A DNA stretch of 64,000 nucleotides, from assembly GCA_047947115.1 (NCBI GenBank), contig CP170459.1, positions 1,072,386 through 1,136,385 on the forward strand, given 5' to 3'. The notes below the pieces were generated by a model. That model ran no database searches and was not told the origin of the DNA. It worked only from the letters and a program-made list of their open reading frames with translations. The position numbers and the translations under genes were made by a program. Below, piece by piece: positions 1-8,564 of the stretch (positions within the stretch are counted from its first letter, which is position 1; every line of letters starts with the position of its first letter). The DNA is from Verrucomicrobiota bacterium (GTDB lineage: Bacteria > Verrucomicrobiota > Verrucomicrobiia > Limisphaerales > AAA164-E04).

Positions 1-2
1 GA

Positions 3-800
3 GGCATCCTGTATTGGAAGGAAGGGGATCTGGGCAACGCGCGTGCCTGCTTCCGCAGCGCCCAAGTACATGACAGTGATTCGGAGCAAAACGAGTATCG
101 GAATGATTATGTTTTGATGGATTATCTCGACGGTCTGATCTCCCTCAAGTTAAACGCATCCGGCGACTCCAATTACAAACGGGCCCAAGCATCAGCCCGC
201 CTGGCTATTCCGCCTCCTTACAACCGGGACGACAACGTAATCATTTTTGCCGACTACGGAAAAGGCCCAACCAAATTCGCGGCTGGCGAGTATGGAGAAC
301 GGTTGCACATCCGCGCAGGTCATTCCAATGCGCGTGAAATCAGGATCACCACAGCCGAAGGTGGTATCCATCTGGGCCCCTATGATGACCTGAGCTACCA
401 GGCGAGCACACGAGGCGGACGTGTGATGGACCATATCCTGGCCAACCAGGCCGTGTTCAAATCCACTACCGACACGGCAGGAGACGCCGCCCTGCTCAGC
501 GGCATCATTTTGACGCAGGGGAGGAACACACAGGATGTGGGGTTAGGGCTCGTCGCAGCCGGATTGGTCAGCAAGATATTTTCCGCCGCCGCATCACCAC
601 AGGCGGACACCCGCGACTGGGATAATCTGCCAGATTATCTCACCTTCGGCACCATGAGCCTGCCTCCGGGAAATCACGCCCTAAGTATTGAATACCTCGA
701 TGGCTCCGGAAATGTCATACCGAGCATGACACGCACCGAACATGTGGTGGTGAATCCTTTGCCATCGGATACCGTCCTATATTTCAGCGATACCAAATAA
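3..800 (+). CDS. Partial (5' truncated) hypothetical envelope protein, COG3014-like
   Basis: Frame is open from position 3 to TAA at 800. C-terminal ADTRDWDNLP resembles the ADxRxWxxLP motif of COG3014-like proteins, which sit next to YcfL lipoproteins. Confidence 0.6.
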   Translation, partial: GILYWKEGDLGNARACFRSAQVHDSDSEQNEYRNDYVLMDYLDGLISLKLNASGDSNYKRAQASARLAIPPPYNRDDNVIIFADYGKGPTKFAAGEYGERLHIRAGHSNAREIRITTAEGGIHLGPYDDLSYQASTRGGRVMDHILANQAVFKSTTDTAGDAALLSGIILTQGRNTQDVGLGLVAAGLVSKIFSAAASPQADTRDWDNLPDYLTFGTMSLPPGNHALSIEYLDGSGNVIPSMTRTEHVVVNPLPSDTVLYFSDTK

Positions 801-817
801 CAACGAAAGATTACCCT

Positions 818-1237
818 ATGAACAATACCTTCTTGATTCTGTCACTTATCGTGACCTGTGTATGCTTCACGGTCAGTGGATGCAAAACCAAGGCCTCCTA
901 CGCGCCCGAAGTGGTCGACGGTTATGATATGGAAAACCAAACCCCGTTTGTCCTCATGAACAAACGTGTGGCCAAATCGGTCACTGTGGCCGGCATCCAG
1001 GAACGCATCCTCGAGGACGGACGCTTGGAGGTCACCGCCAATGTACTCAGCAAGGATGATCGCCGCATCCAGGTGCAGATCAGCTGTGTGTTCAAAAATG
1101 AAAACGGTTTTCCAACAGGTGACGAAACACCCTGGACCACGCTCATCCTGACCGAAAACGCCCAGGAAGGCGCCATCTTCAAATCCATGAACACCCGCGC
1201 CCGCAGGTACACCATCCGCGTGCGAGAGGCCCGGTAG
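818..1237 (+). CDS. YcfL/DUF1425-family lipoprotein
   Basis: Signal peptide with lipobox VSGC; FKNENGF...W...A..Y pattern; 139 aa. Confidence 0.7.
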   Translation: MNNTFLILSLIVTCVCFTVSGCKTKASYAPEVVDGYDMENQTPFVLMNKRVAKSVTVAGIQERILEDGRLEVTANVLSKDDRRIQVQISCVFKNENGFPTGDETPWTTLILTENAQEGAIFKSMNTRARRYTIRVREAR

Positions 1238-1286
1238 TGGTGCAAATCATCGAAACCATTTAAAACTCAGCGACTCCCACCCCGGA

Positions 1287-1436
1287 ATGAGCAGAGGATT
1301 TGCCACAGTTCTGGGACTTTGCTTTGTGGCTTTGGGCGTTGCAAAATGGTTGTTTTCACTGGAGCGATTCAGTGCATTTGATATTGGCACGGGTTTATTG
1401 TTCTTCGTGGCAGGTGCGGCATGTTTGAAACGTTAA
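1287..1436 (+). CDS. Small two-TM membrane protein (49 aa)
   Basis: Manual translation MSRGFATVLGLCFVALGVAKWLFSLERFSAFDIGTGLLFFVAGAACLKR; two hydrophobic segments; below the ORF-track cutoff. Confidence 0.45.
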   Translation: MSRGFATVLGLCFVALGVAKWLFSLERFSAFDIGTGLLFFVAGAACLKR

Positions 1437-1626
1437 AAGCCATTTTTAAGCATGTAACGTTTGCCAAAAGTAATTTCAAAAAAGCTCTGCGTCCCTAGCG
1501 CAGCGGGCGTGGGGATAAGAAGCATCAGCGAGCCCCTTATGCGCAAATACTTTTGGCAATCAGTATAAAATCGCCAGTTCGGACTCGCTTGCTAAAGGAT
1601 AAGGTTTCGGGAATACTCGGTCTGCC

Positions 1627-2382
1627 ATGCCCGACACCAACCTCACATCCGAAACAACGCCATCCAACCCGCAGCAGTTTCGGACCACCCGCTGGTCGGT
1701 GGTGTGTTCGGCATTGGATTCGGAGACGTCCGGGAGTCGATTGGCCATGGAACATCTGTGCCGGATGTATTGGTATCCGGTTTTTCATTTCATCCGGAGA
1801 AACGGGCACAACCAACACGATGCGCAGGATCTGACGCAGGCATTCTTTGCCAGGTTTGTTGAAAAACAATGGCTCGAAAAAGCCGACCGATCGCGCGGAC
1901 GATTCAGGTCCTTTCTGCTGATGATTCTCAAACGATTTCTGGCAAGTGAATGGAAACGCGAGCACGCCTTGAAGCGGGAAGGCAACCTTCACTGGCTGAG
2001 CCTGAACATGGACACAGCTGAAACCCGCTATGCTCAGGAACCCGCCGACACCACCACCCCGGAACAATCCTTCGAGAAACAATGGGCCCTGACGCTGCTG
2101 GAGACCGTCATGCAGACCCTCAAGGCACGATATATCGAAGACAACAAAACAGATCTGTTCGAACATTTGAAACCCTGCCTCATGGGCAGCCGCGAATCAC
2201 AACCCTACGCCACCCTGGCCGCCCAACTCGGAATGTCCGAAGGCGCGGTAAAAGTGTCCGTTCATCGCCTCCGTAATCAATACCGCGAATGTCTTCGGGG
2301 CGAAATCGCTCAAACAGTCTCATCCCCTTCCGAAGTGGATGAGGAAATGAAACACTTGATTCGAGTGCTGGCGAGGGGCTGA
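1627..2382 (+). CDS. ECF sigma-70 factor of the kinase-associated PVC type
   Basis: FRTTRWSVV N-terminus; region 2 YWYPV...DAQDLTQAFF...RGRFRSFLL; region 4 LAAQLGMSEGAVKVSVHRLR. Confidence 0.9.
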   Translation: MPDTNLTSETTPSNPQQFRTTRWSVVCSALDSETSGSRLAMEHLCRMYWYPVFHFIRRNGHNQHDAQDLTQAFFARFVEKQWLEKADRSRGRFRSFLLMILKRFLASEWKREHALKREGNLHWLSLNMDTAETRYAQEPADTTTPEQSFEKQWALTLLETVMQTLKARYIEDNKTDLFEHLKPCLMGSRESQPYATLAAQLGMSEGAVKVSVHRLRNQYRECLRGEIAQTVSSPSEVDEEMKHLIRVLARG

Positions 2383-2412
2383 ACCTTTCTGGTTTCACGT
2401 CAGCTTTTTCAC

Positions 2413-2808
2413 TCACTCGGTCTCTATTTCAAGAGGATAGTGGTCTGCTATGTATGAAAAATCCCGATCTCGATGGAGCACAGTTGCACCGAATTCCATC
2501 GCTATGGCGGCGATTAAACAATCGGTGATACTTCGGATCTGGATTCCATTCCTTTGGAGACCTTTATAGATGTCTGCAGCAAACATGATTGAAGATCGAT
2601 TCTGTGGCAGAATAATGAGTTTGCCAAAGTCCGCTTCTATTTTGCTTCGGTCAAAGGAATTTCGCAATCCTTGAACAATTTCCAACAGGATCAGATCGAT
2701 ATACGCAACCGCTTCCCGGCTTGCTAATTTTTGTTTTAAGCAATTACTTGCCCAATTATTTCGACCAGAGAGAAAGTCTATCCAAACACTGGTGTCGACG
2801 AGGACCAT
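2413..2808 (-). CDS. vapC: PIN-domain toxin (VapC family)
   Basis: MVLVDTSVWIDF, E..QG, SITDCLIAAIA, LHRDRDF. Confidence 0.9.
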   Translation of the reverse strand: MVLVDTSVWIDFLSGRNNWASNCLKQKLASREAVAYIDLILLEIVQGLRNSFDRSKIEADFGKLIILPQNRSSIMFAADIYKGLQRNGIQIRSITDCLIAAIAMEFGATVLHRDRDFSYIADHYPLEIETE

Positions 2809-2810
2809 GA

Positions 2811-3011
2811 TCAGAACCTGGGCTTGCGAAGCTCATTTAAATCCCCTTGCCATCGGAATTTGCCTTCAAGGGCTAAAAGATCGTTTTGCTGCTCTCGAGC
2901 CACCAGTTCTCTGAGGGCAAGATCTACAAGCTCACGCTTAGTGCGTAAACCCGTAATTCTTAACCCATCCTGGACCAATGTATCTTCAATATATATGTTT
3001 GTTCGTCCCAT
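2811..3011 (-). CDS. vapB: VapB-type (RHH, DUF2191-like) antitoxin
   Basis: MGRTNIYIEDTL...GLRTKRELVDLALRELV; directly upstream of the PIN gene; start moved to ATG at 3011. Confidence 0.85.
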   Translation of the reverse strand: MGRTNIYIEDTLVQDGLRITGLRTKRELVDLALRELVAREQQNDLLALEGKFRWQGDLNELRKPRF

Positions 3012-3039
3012 ACACCAAAAACCGCCATTTTGGTGTATG
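3009..3039. promoter_or_regulatory. Putative antitoxin operator (12-bp perfect inverted repeat)
   Basis: CATACACCAAAA-N7-TTTTGGTGTATG overlapping the vapB start codon. Confidence 0.65.
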
Positions 3040-3138
3040 TTGTCAATAAGTCTTAGCATCGAATGACCACGCAAAACTAAGGATTCTTTGTAACCTTTGC
3101 TCGGGGATTCCTAGTGTATAGGATGAAAGGAATCAAAC

Positions 3139-5253
3139 ATGGCATCCGAAACAAAATGTTCCAACTGTGGCAAAGTGATTGGCGAAAGCGCTCCGGCAGG
3201 CTTGTGCCCCGAATGTCTGCTCAAGGGTGGTCTGGAAACTGGCATGGATTTGGGAGACGAAACGCAAGCCATCACCGGTGATAAAAAGGAGCGATTTGTC
3301 CCTCCAACGGCATCCGAACTGGAACCTTTGTTCCCACAACTGGAAATTCTGGAACTGATCGGCCAAGGTGGAATGGGAGCCGTCTACAAAGCACGCCAAA
3401 AAGAACTCGACCGCATCGTCGCGCTGAAAATTCTGCCACCCGATATCGGACAAGATGAAGCCTTCGCAGAACGCTTTTCCCGTGAAGCCAAAGCCCTCGC
3501 AAAACTGAACCACCCGGGCATCGTCACCATCCACGATTTTGGAAAAGTAAATCTAAAGACACCTCCAGACGGTAGGGCCCCGCTGCTGCAGGGCCGCGAC
3601 GCGACCAAGGATGAACAAACAGACCAAACCACATCCACCGTCCCAACCACTCCCCTCTACTTTTTCCTCATGGAATTCGTGGACGGCGTCAACATCCGCC
3701 AACTCCTCGACGGCGGCCGGGTTTCCCCCCGAGAAGCGTTGGCCATCGTTCCACAAATATGCGACGCGCTTCAATTCGCGCACGATCACGGCATCGTCCA
3801 CCGTGATATCAAACCCGAAAACATCCTCATGGACCGCCGCGGCAACGTCAAAGTCGCCGATTTCGGTCTCGCCAAAATCGTTGCAAACTGGGATTCCAGA
3901 TCGGATTCCCAATCCATGGAAAATGAAACATCCTCAGAGCCCTCATCCTCCCTCACCGTTTCCGGAAGAATCATGGGCACCCCCAAATACATGTCGCCGG
4001 AACAAATCAAAGCACCGGGAGAAGTGGATCACCGGGCCGACATCTACGCGCTGGGTGTGGTGCTCTACCAAATGCTGACGGGCAAACTTCCGGACAAACA
4101 ATGGCAGCCTCCCTCGAAAAAAGTGAGCGTGGATGTCCGGCTCGACGAAATCGTCCTTCGCGCCCTGGATCAGGATCCCAACCTGCGCTATCAAAGCGTC
4201 AGCGAATTCAAAACCCAGATCGATACCCTCTCTGAATCGACTGACGAAGTTGTCAAAGCAAAACCAGACACTCATGCAGAACACGAGACTGCACCCTATC
4301 CCCTCGAACCCTGGATGCAGCAATGGATCGCCAAGCCGACGGCCCGCCGACTCCAAATGTTCAAACTCATGCTTCTGGCGGGATTTGGGATGTCCTTGGT
4401 GTTTTGCTTTCCAACAAGGGATATCAGCAGAGATGTTGTCGAAACCTGGAGTTTCGGTCTGGGCGATCCCTGGTTCGAATCCATCCGCAACTATGCCAAA
4501 GGTCACAACATTGGCAAACTCCACTTTGGAACAAAGAGTTTTCTGGTGGGATGTATGGCCTGTTTGCATTGGATCTGGTTCACCATGCTGGTTCGAACCG
4601 AATGGCTGGCAGGAAATCGACTACCCAAGGAGGACGTTGTCTTCACTTGGGAACTGATTCGAGTCGAAAACGGCACTCCAAACATTGACTGGCGCCGCAT
4701 CATTCTGAGCGGAGCCATCGCATGCACCATTGCTTGCGTGGCATCCTGCATGTTCGTTGTGCTGATGCAGGTGGCTCTCGGAGGCGCACCTTCTCCCGGC
4801 ACGGTCATGATCTGGAATTCCATCATGGCCTGTGGATTCATCGGATTCATGGTAAAGAGGTCTTTGAACCAAAGCACACCTCCCAAATTCCCGGGAAGCA
4901 GCGCAAGAGCGGTACAGGCATTTTGGGATTTGATGGAAAGGGGAGCATATGAAAAGTGCTGGTTCGTATCAGCGCCTGCTTTCAAAGAAACGCAACAACA
5001 GGAAAGATGGATTCAAAAAATGGAAACCGAAAGGAAGCCATTTGGCAAAGCAACCACACGCAAGACACTTTCGCTGGAATTCATTGAACCAAACATTCGA
5101 TTTGAGCAGCACATTTTGACTGAATTTGAAAACGGGAAGTCGGCTCAAGAATCCATCCTCTGCGGTCGACAACCGGATGGGGATGTGGTGGGAAGGCATT
5201 CGTATCCATTTCAGTCAATCAAGAAAGCTTGGCCGAAAGACACTTCGATGTGA
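3139..5253 (+). CDS. Hanks-type Ser/Thr protein kinase with N-terminal Cys motif, TM region and DUF4019-like C-terminus (end probably damaged)
   Basis: CSNC...CPEC; GQGGMGAVY, VALK, HRDIKPEN, DFG, GTPKYMSPEQ, DIYALG; several TM helices follow. Confidence 0.92.
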   Translation: MASETKCSNCGKVIGESAPAGLCPECLLKGGLETGMDLGDETQAITGDKKERFVPPTASELEPLFPQLEILELIGQGGMGAVYKARQKELDRIVALKILPPDIGQDEAFAERFSREAKALAKLNHPGIVTIHDFGKVNLKTPPDGRAPLLQGRDATKDEQTDQTTSTVPTTPLYFFLMEFVDGVNIRQLLDGGRVSPREALAIVPQICDALQFAHDHGIVHRDIKPENILMDRRGNVKVADFGLAKIVANWDSRSDSQSMENETSSEPSSSLTVSGRIMGTPKYMSPEQIKAPGEVDHRADIYALGVVLYQMLTGKLPDKQWQPPSKKVSVDVRLDEIVLRALDQDPNLRYQSVSEFKTQIDTLSESTDEVVKAKPDTHAEHETAPYPLEPWMQQWIAKPTARRLQMFKLMLLAGFGMSLVFCFPTRDISRDVVETWSFGLGDPWFESIRNYAKGHNIGKLHFGTKSFLVGCMACLHWIWFTMLVRTEWLAGNRLPKEDVVFTWELIRVENGTPNIDWRRIILSGAIACTIACVASCMFVVLMQVALGGAPSPGTVMIWNSIMACGFIGFMVKRSLNQSTPPKFPGSSARAVQAFWDLMERGAYEKCWFVSAPAFKETQQQERWIQKMETERKPFGKATTRKTLSLEFIEPNIRFEQHILTEFENGKSAQESILCGRQPDGDVVGRHSYPFQSIKKAWPKDTSM
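3571..3595 (+). repeat. GTAG-type REP hairpin inside the kinase ORF
   Basis: GGTAGGGCCCCGCTGCTGCAGGGCC; 19/25 identical to the intergenic copy at 12028, with two compensatory pair changes. Confidence 0.6.
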
Positions 5254-5489
5254 AAGCCCTTAACAAATTCGGTTTCATTAAAAACAGAATAAGCCTCAGT
5301 TCAAACGGTTTTGTTGGAGCCGAAACCCGCATGGATACTTTCCATTTTGATCAACCACTTTCCGAAATCAAAACATTCCTCATGGGATCACGCCCCTATC
5401 GCACCAACATCTGGCGAAATGTTCCTTTGCCCAAATCAATCCGGCAAATTGAGCAAGGTTCGTTGAAAACGAACCCAACGATTCAATAA
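5181..5489 (+). pseudogene. Out-of-frame fragment of an extracytoplasmic kinase C-terminal domain
   Basis: Frame open from 5130 to 5489, overlapping the kinase end. RHFDVKAL...TFHFDQPLSEIKTFLMGSRPYRTNIWRNVPL recalls C-terminal domains of verrucomicrobial kinases (from memory). Confidence 0.45.
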
Positions 5490-5500
5490 TTGAGCGCCTA

Positions 5501-5944
5501 TCAAAAACTTGTAGGATTGATCACTTTGAAACCCGTCAAAGACGCCAATTGCAATTGCCTTTTGTCAGAAGAAACGAAATTATCTGCCTTCAATAGGACA
5601 GCACAAGCAACATGCAATGTATCCAAGGTACGACACCCTGAGGAAGGTGCATATTCCATGGCAAGCGAACGACACATCCGCCATGCTTCAGGCCAATCCA
5701 CTCCTTTGAAAGTAAGCACACCTTTATTTCGATCCTCATCAATGGAGGAAAGCAACCGCTCTACCTGTAATGTGCTACATTCTCCTCGATACTTTTTCAA
5801 CGTGATGGCAGCGGTCATCTCACTCAAATGAAAATCGTTGATTAAAATAGGCTCACCATCGTCCAAAACAAAAGAACGAACGACTTCCGACTCGGGTTCT
5901 TCAGTATACAGTTTGATGATTATCCCCGTGTCATAATAACGCAT
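5501..5944 (-). CDS. vapC: PIN-domain toxin (VapC family)
   Basis: YYDTGIIIKLY..E, RTLDTLHVACA, FVSSDKRQ; TAATG overlap with the antitoxin stop. Confidence 0.88.
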   Translation of the reverse strand: MRYYDTGIIIKLYTEEPESEVVRSFVLDDGEPILINDFHLSEMTAAITLKKYRGECSTLQVERLLSSIDEDRNKGVLTFKGVDWPEAWRMCRSLAMEYAPSSGCRTLDTLHVACAVLLKADNFVSSDKRQLQLASLTGFKVINPTSF

Positions 5945-6186
5945 TACCAATCTCCTCGCGTTTCATTGAGGAGATCATCAGAGGACGTGCCTTGTGTTGC
6001 TCCCCCCCAAATACTTCTTGCTCGTTCTCCAAAATCCGGAAATTGGACCTTTTCAGGCTGTTCAGGTGGAAGGAGCCGAGCAACAAGTTTTTTGCGTCGA
6101 GTAATGCCTACTTCATAACCGGCTTCTACTTCTCGCAAAACACTCGCGAGATTATGTTGAGCCTGCATGATTGAGTATTTCTTCAT
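5944..6186 (-). CDS. Phd/YefM-family antitoxin
   Basis: MKKYSIMQAQHNLASVLREVEAGYEVGITRRKKLVARL; start moved to ATG at 6186. Confidence 0.85.
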   Translation of the reverse strand: MKKYSIMQAQHNLASVLREVEAGYEVGITRRKKLVARLLPPEQPEKVQFPDFGERARSIWGGATQGTSSDDLLNETRGDW

Positions 6187-6291
6187 AACGCATAAAAATA
6201 ACGCATGCAACGACTGTGTCAATTTGTAATGCACGACAATGCCTTTTGCAAATAACTTGAACCTTCCCACCCAACCATCAACCATACCCAC

Positions 6292-6957
6292 ATGAACCTT
6301 GAAACCTGGACCAACATAGATGCCTACTTCACCGACCTATTGCACGACAGTGACCCTATCCTGGATACCGTCCTGGCTGATAGCGCAAAAGCGGGACTCC
6401 CGGAAATTCAAGTCTCCGTTCCCCAGGGAAAATGGCTCCACTTGATGGTTCAACTCTCCGGTGCCAAACGCGTCCTCGAACTGGGAACCCTCGGCGCCTA
6501 CAGCACCATCTGGATGGCCAGAGCCCTTCCAAGCGACGGACGCCTGATCGCCCTCGAAGTCGAACCCCTACACGTCCAAGTCTCCCGACAAAACCTCGCC
6601 CACGCAGGTCTCTCGGAAAAAGTCGACGTGATGGAAGGGGCCGCACTCGATACTTTGCAACAACTCATCGAACAAAACGTGGAACCCTTCGATTTCGTCT
6701 TCCTCGACGCCGACAAAGAAAACTACCCGAACTATCTCCCGGGCATCCTTCAACTCATGCATACGGGCTCCGTCCTTATCGCAGACAATGTTGTCCGAGA
6801 CGGAGCCGTCATCGAACCAGACCATACCGATTCCAGAGTCCAAGGCGTCCGGCAATTCAACCAACTGGTGGCGGACAATCCCACCATCAACGCCACCGGC
6901 ATCCAAACCGTGGGAACCAAAGGCTACGACGGCTACCTGATTGGCAGAATATCTTAA
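6292..6957 (+). CDS. Class I SAM-dependent O-methyltransferase (caffeoyl-CoA OMT-like)
   Basis: VLELGTLGAYSTIW, FDFVFLDADKENYPNY, ADNV, KGYDG. Confidence 0.92.
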   Translation: MNLETWTNIDAYFTDLLHDSDPILDTVLADSAKAGLPEIQVSVPQGKWLHLMVQLSGAKRVLELGTLGAYSTIWMARALPSDGRLIALEVEPLHVQVSRQNLAHAGLSEKVDVMEGAALDTLQQLIEQNVEPFDFVFLDADKENYPNYLPGILQLMHTGSVLIADNVVRDGAVIEPDHTDSRVQGVRQFNQLVADNPTINATGIQTVGTKGYDGYLIGRIS

Positions 6958-6963
6958 GAGTTG

Positions 6964-7011
6964 ATTTGCATTGTTTTTTGTTTCACAATGAATGCAGCAA
7001 ACAATGCAAAT
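6964..7011. promoter_or_regulatory. Putative AbrB-antitoxin operator (13-bp inverted repeat)
   Basis: ATTTGCATTGTTT-N22-AAACAATGCAAAT just upstream of the ATG at 7023. Confidence 0.55.
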
Positions 7012-7022
7012 GCACTAAAGTC

Positions 7023-7265
7023 ATGATTCAATCCACACTAACCGACCGTTGGCAGACCACCATTCCCTCTGTAGTAAGGAATGCCCTTCAGCTGAAACCC
7101 AGGCAACGACTCATTTACGAATTGGTGGATGGTGCAGTTCTAATCAAGCCCCAACCGGAAACTCTTAATGACCTTTACGGATGTCTAGCTGACGACCAAC
7201 CAACTCTCTCCAAATCAGAAGAACGAGAAAAAGCCCGCCAAGCCAGGGCCGGAAAATATAAATGA
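7023..7265 (+). CDS. AbrB/MazE-family antitoxin
   Basis: MIQSTLTDRWQTTIPSVVRNALQLKP (the C-terminal part of track ORF 6432..7265); ATGA overlap with the PIN gene. Confidence 0.85.
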   Translation: MIQSTLTDRWQTTIPSVVRNALQLKPRQRLIYELVDGAVLIKPQPETLNDLYGCLADDQPTLSKSEEREKARQARAGKYK

Positions 7266-7672
7266 CAAAATATCTCCTGGACGCAAATGTCCTCATCCGT
7301 TTTTTAAGAGGAGATCATTCAAAACACGCTGCAGCAGCTCAAAGCCTGTTCTCCGAAGCGTGTGCAGGAAACTGTTCCCTGATCTTAACGGAAGTAGTCG
7401 TCGCAGAAACAGTATGGGTACTGAACTCGGTATATAGCGTCGATCGAAGAAGAATAGCGCTGGGCATCCAAAAAGTCATTCTAAGTGCCGGAGTGCGCTG
7501 CATCAATCGAAACGAAATGATCGACGCTCTGGACCGCTTTGCATCCACTAAGTGTGATTTTATCGATTGCTACCTGGCGGCACTGGCCGCTCAATCTGGG
7601 GATCATGTCGCGTCCTTTGACAAGGACTTCAAACGTTTTCCTGACGTACAGCGATGGAATCATCAAACATGA
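7262..7672 (+). CDS. vapC: PIN-domain toxin (VapC family)
   Basis: YLLDANVLIRFL, AETVWVL, DFIDCYL, SFDKDF. Confidence 0.9.
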   Translation: MTKYLLDANVLIRFLRGDHSKHAAAAQSLFSEACAGNCSLILTEVVVAETVWVLNSVYSVDRRRIALGIQKVILSAGVRCINRNEMIDALDRFASTKCDFIDCYLAALAAQSGDHVASFDKDFKRFPDVQRWNHQT

Positions 7673-7785
7673 AGTAACAGAACGAAGTTCGATGACAGGC
7701 CAATTTGTGTCAACAGGTTGGCCTGCCCCCAGGAAGGAGGCTTGCATGAGAGGTGGGTTTTGGATCAGAGTATATAGCGATACGG

Positions 7786-8214
7786 ATGCATGTCTCCAAA
7801 ACCATTACCAACTCATTCCATGATTTTCATTTGTTCGAAATCAGCAAAACCACGCATCACCCCGAGAAACGTGGCCCTTTCATGGTCTCCCAAAGCGGCA
7901 GCGCTCCCGGTGATCCCGAACTGCGGGAGTGCACCTTTGTGCTGACCAAGCGCGGCACCTGGATGCATCTTTATATCTTTTTCCTCATGTCTCACGAATT
8001 GCGTCACCGTGTGGCCGTCTTTGATTCGGTCGCCAAAGTCATGGAACTGGCCGAAACACTGGTCGGAAAACCCGTGGTGGAAACCATGGAATCCCTTCCC
8101 GAATTGCTGAACGATTCCGGGTTCAATCCAGCACACGAAGATCCGGTCAGTTCCGCGCTGATAGAAAAAGTCCGTAAGAAACATCCCAAAGGATTGCCTC
8201 CTTCTTTCGGGTGA
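7786..8214 (+). CDS. Hypothetical protein
   Basis: Coherent ORF filling the gap (MHVSKTITNSF...RGPFMVSQ...FVLTKRGTW); start uncertain (7753 or 7786). Confidence 0.65.
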   Translation: MHVSKTITNSFHDFHLFEISKTTHHPEKRGPFMVSQSGSAPGDPELRECTFVLTKRGTWMHLYIFFLMSHELRHRVAVFDSVAKVMELAETLVGKPVVETMESLPELLNDSGFNPAHEDPVSSALIEKVRKKHPKGLPPSFG

Positions 8215-8258
8215 ATCCGGATTGATTATTGCAGGGTCTATGATTCAATGAACGCATC

Positions 8259-8564
8259 ATGTTAGTCGTTCACGTATTTGTTCACGTCAAAGAAGACCAG
8301 GTGGAAGCGTTTAAAGCAGCCACACTGGAAAATGCGCGCAACAGTGTTCAAGAAACCGGCATAGCTCGATTCGACGTCGTCCAGCAGCAGGACGACCCAA
8401 CCCGATTCGTGCTGGTGGAAGCCTATCGGGATGCGGAAGCGCCGGCTCGGCACAAGGAAACCCAGCATTATCTCACCTGACGTGAAACGGTGGAAACCAT
8501 GATGGCCGAACCGCGTCACAGCATCAAATTTGAAAACTGTTTCCCCGGCGACGATGCCTGGTAG
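8259..8564 (+). pseudogene. Antibiotic-biosynthesis-monooxygenase/LsrG-like protein with an in-frame TGA
   Basis: [20 protein letters not shown]...[21 protein letters not shown]...DDAW*. TGA at 8478-8480 stands where the family normally has Trp. Confidence 0.8.

Noticed and set aside
2413-7672. Integron cassette array as an explanation for the TA cluster
   Set aside because: No intI and no recognisable attC sites (RYYYAAC...GTTRRRY hairpins) between the genes.
8478-8480. Selenocysteine or genetic code 4/25 recoding
   Set aside because: The aligned residue is Trp rather than Cys, no SECIS-like hairpin is evident, and many genes here end in TGA.
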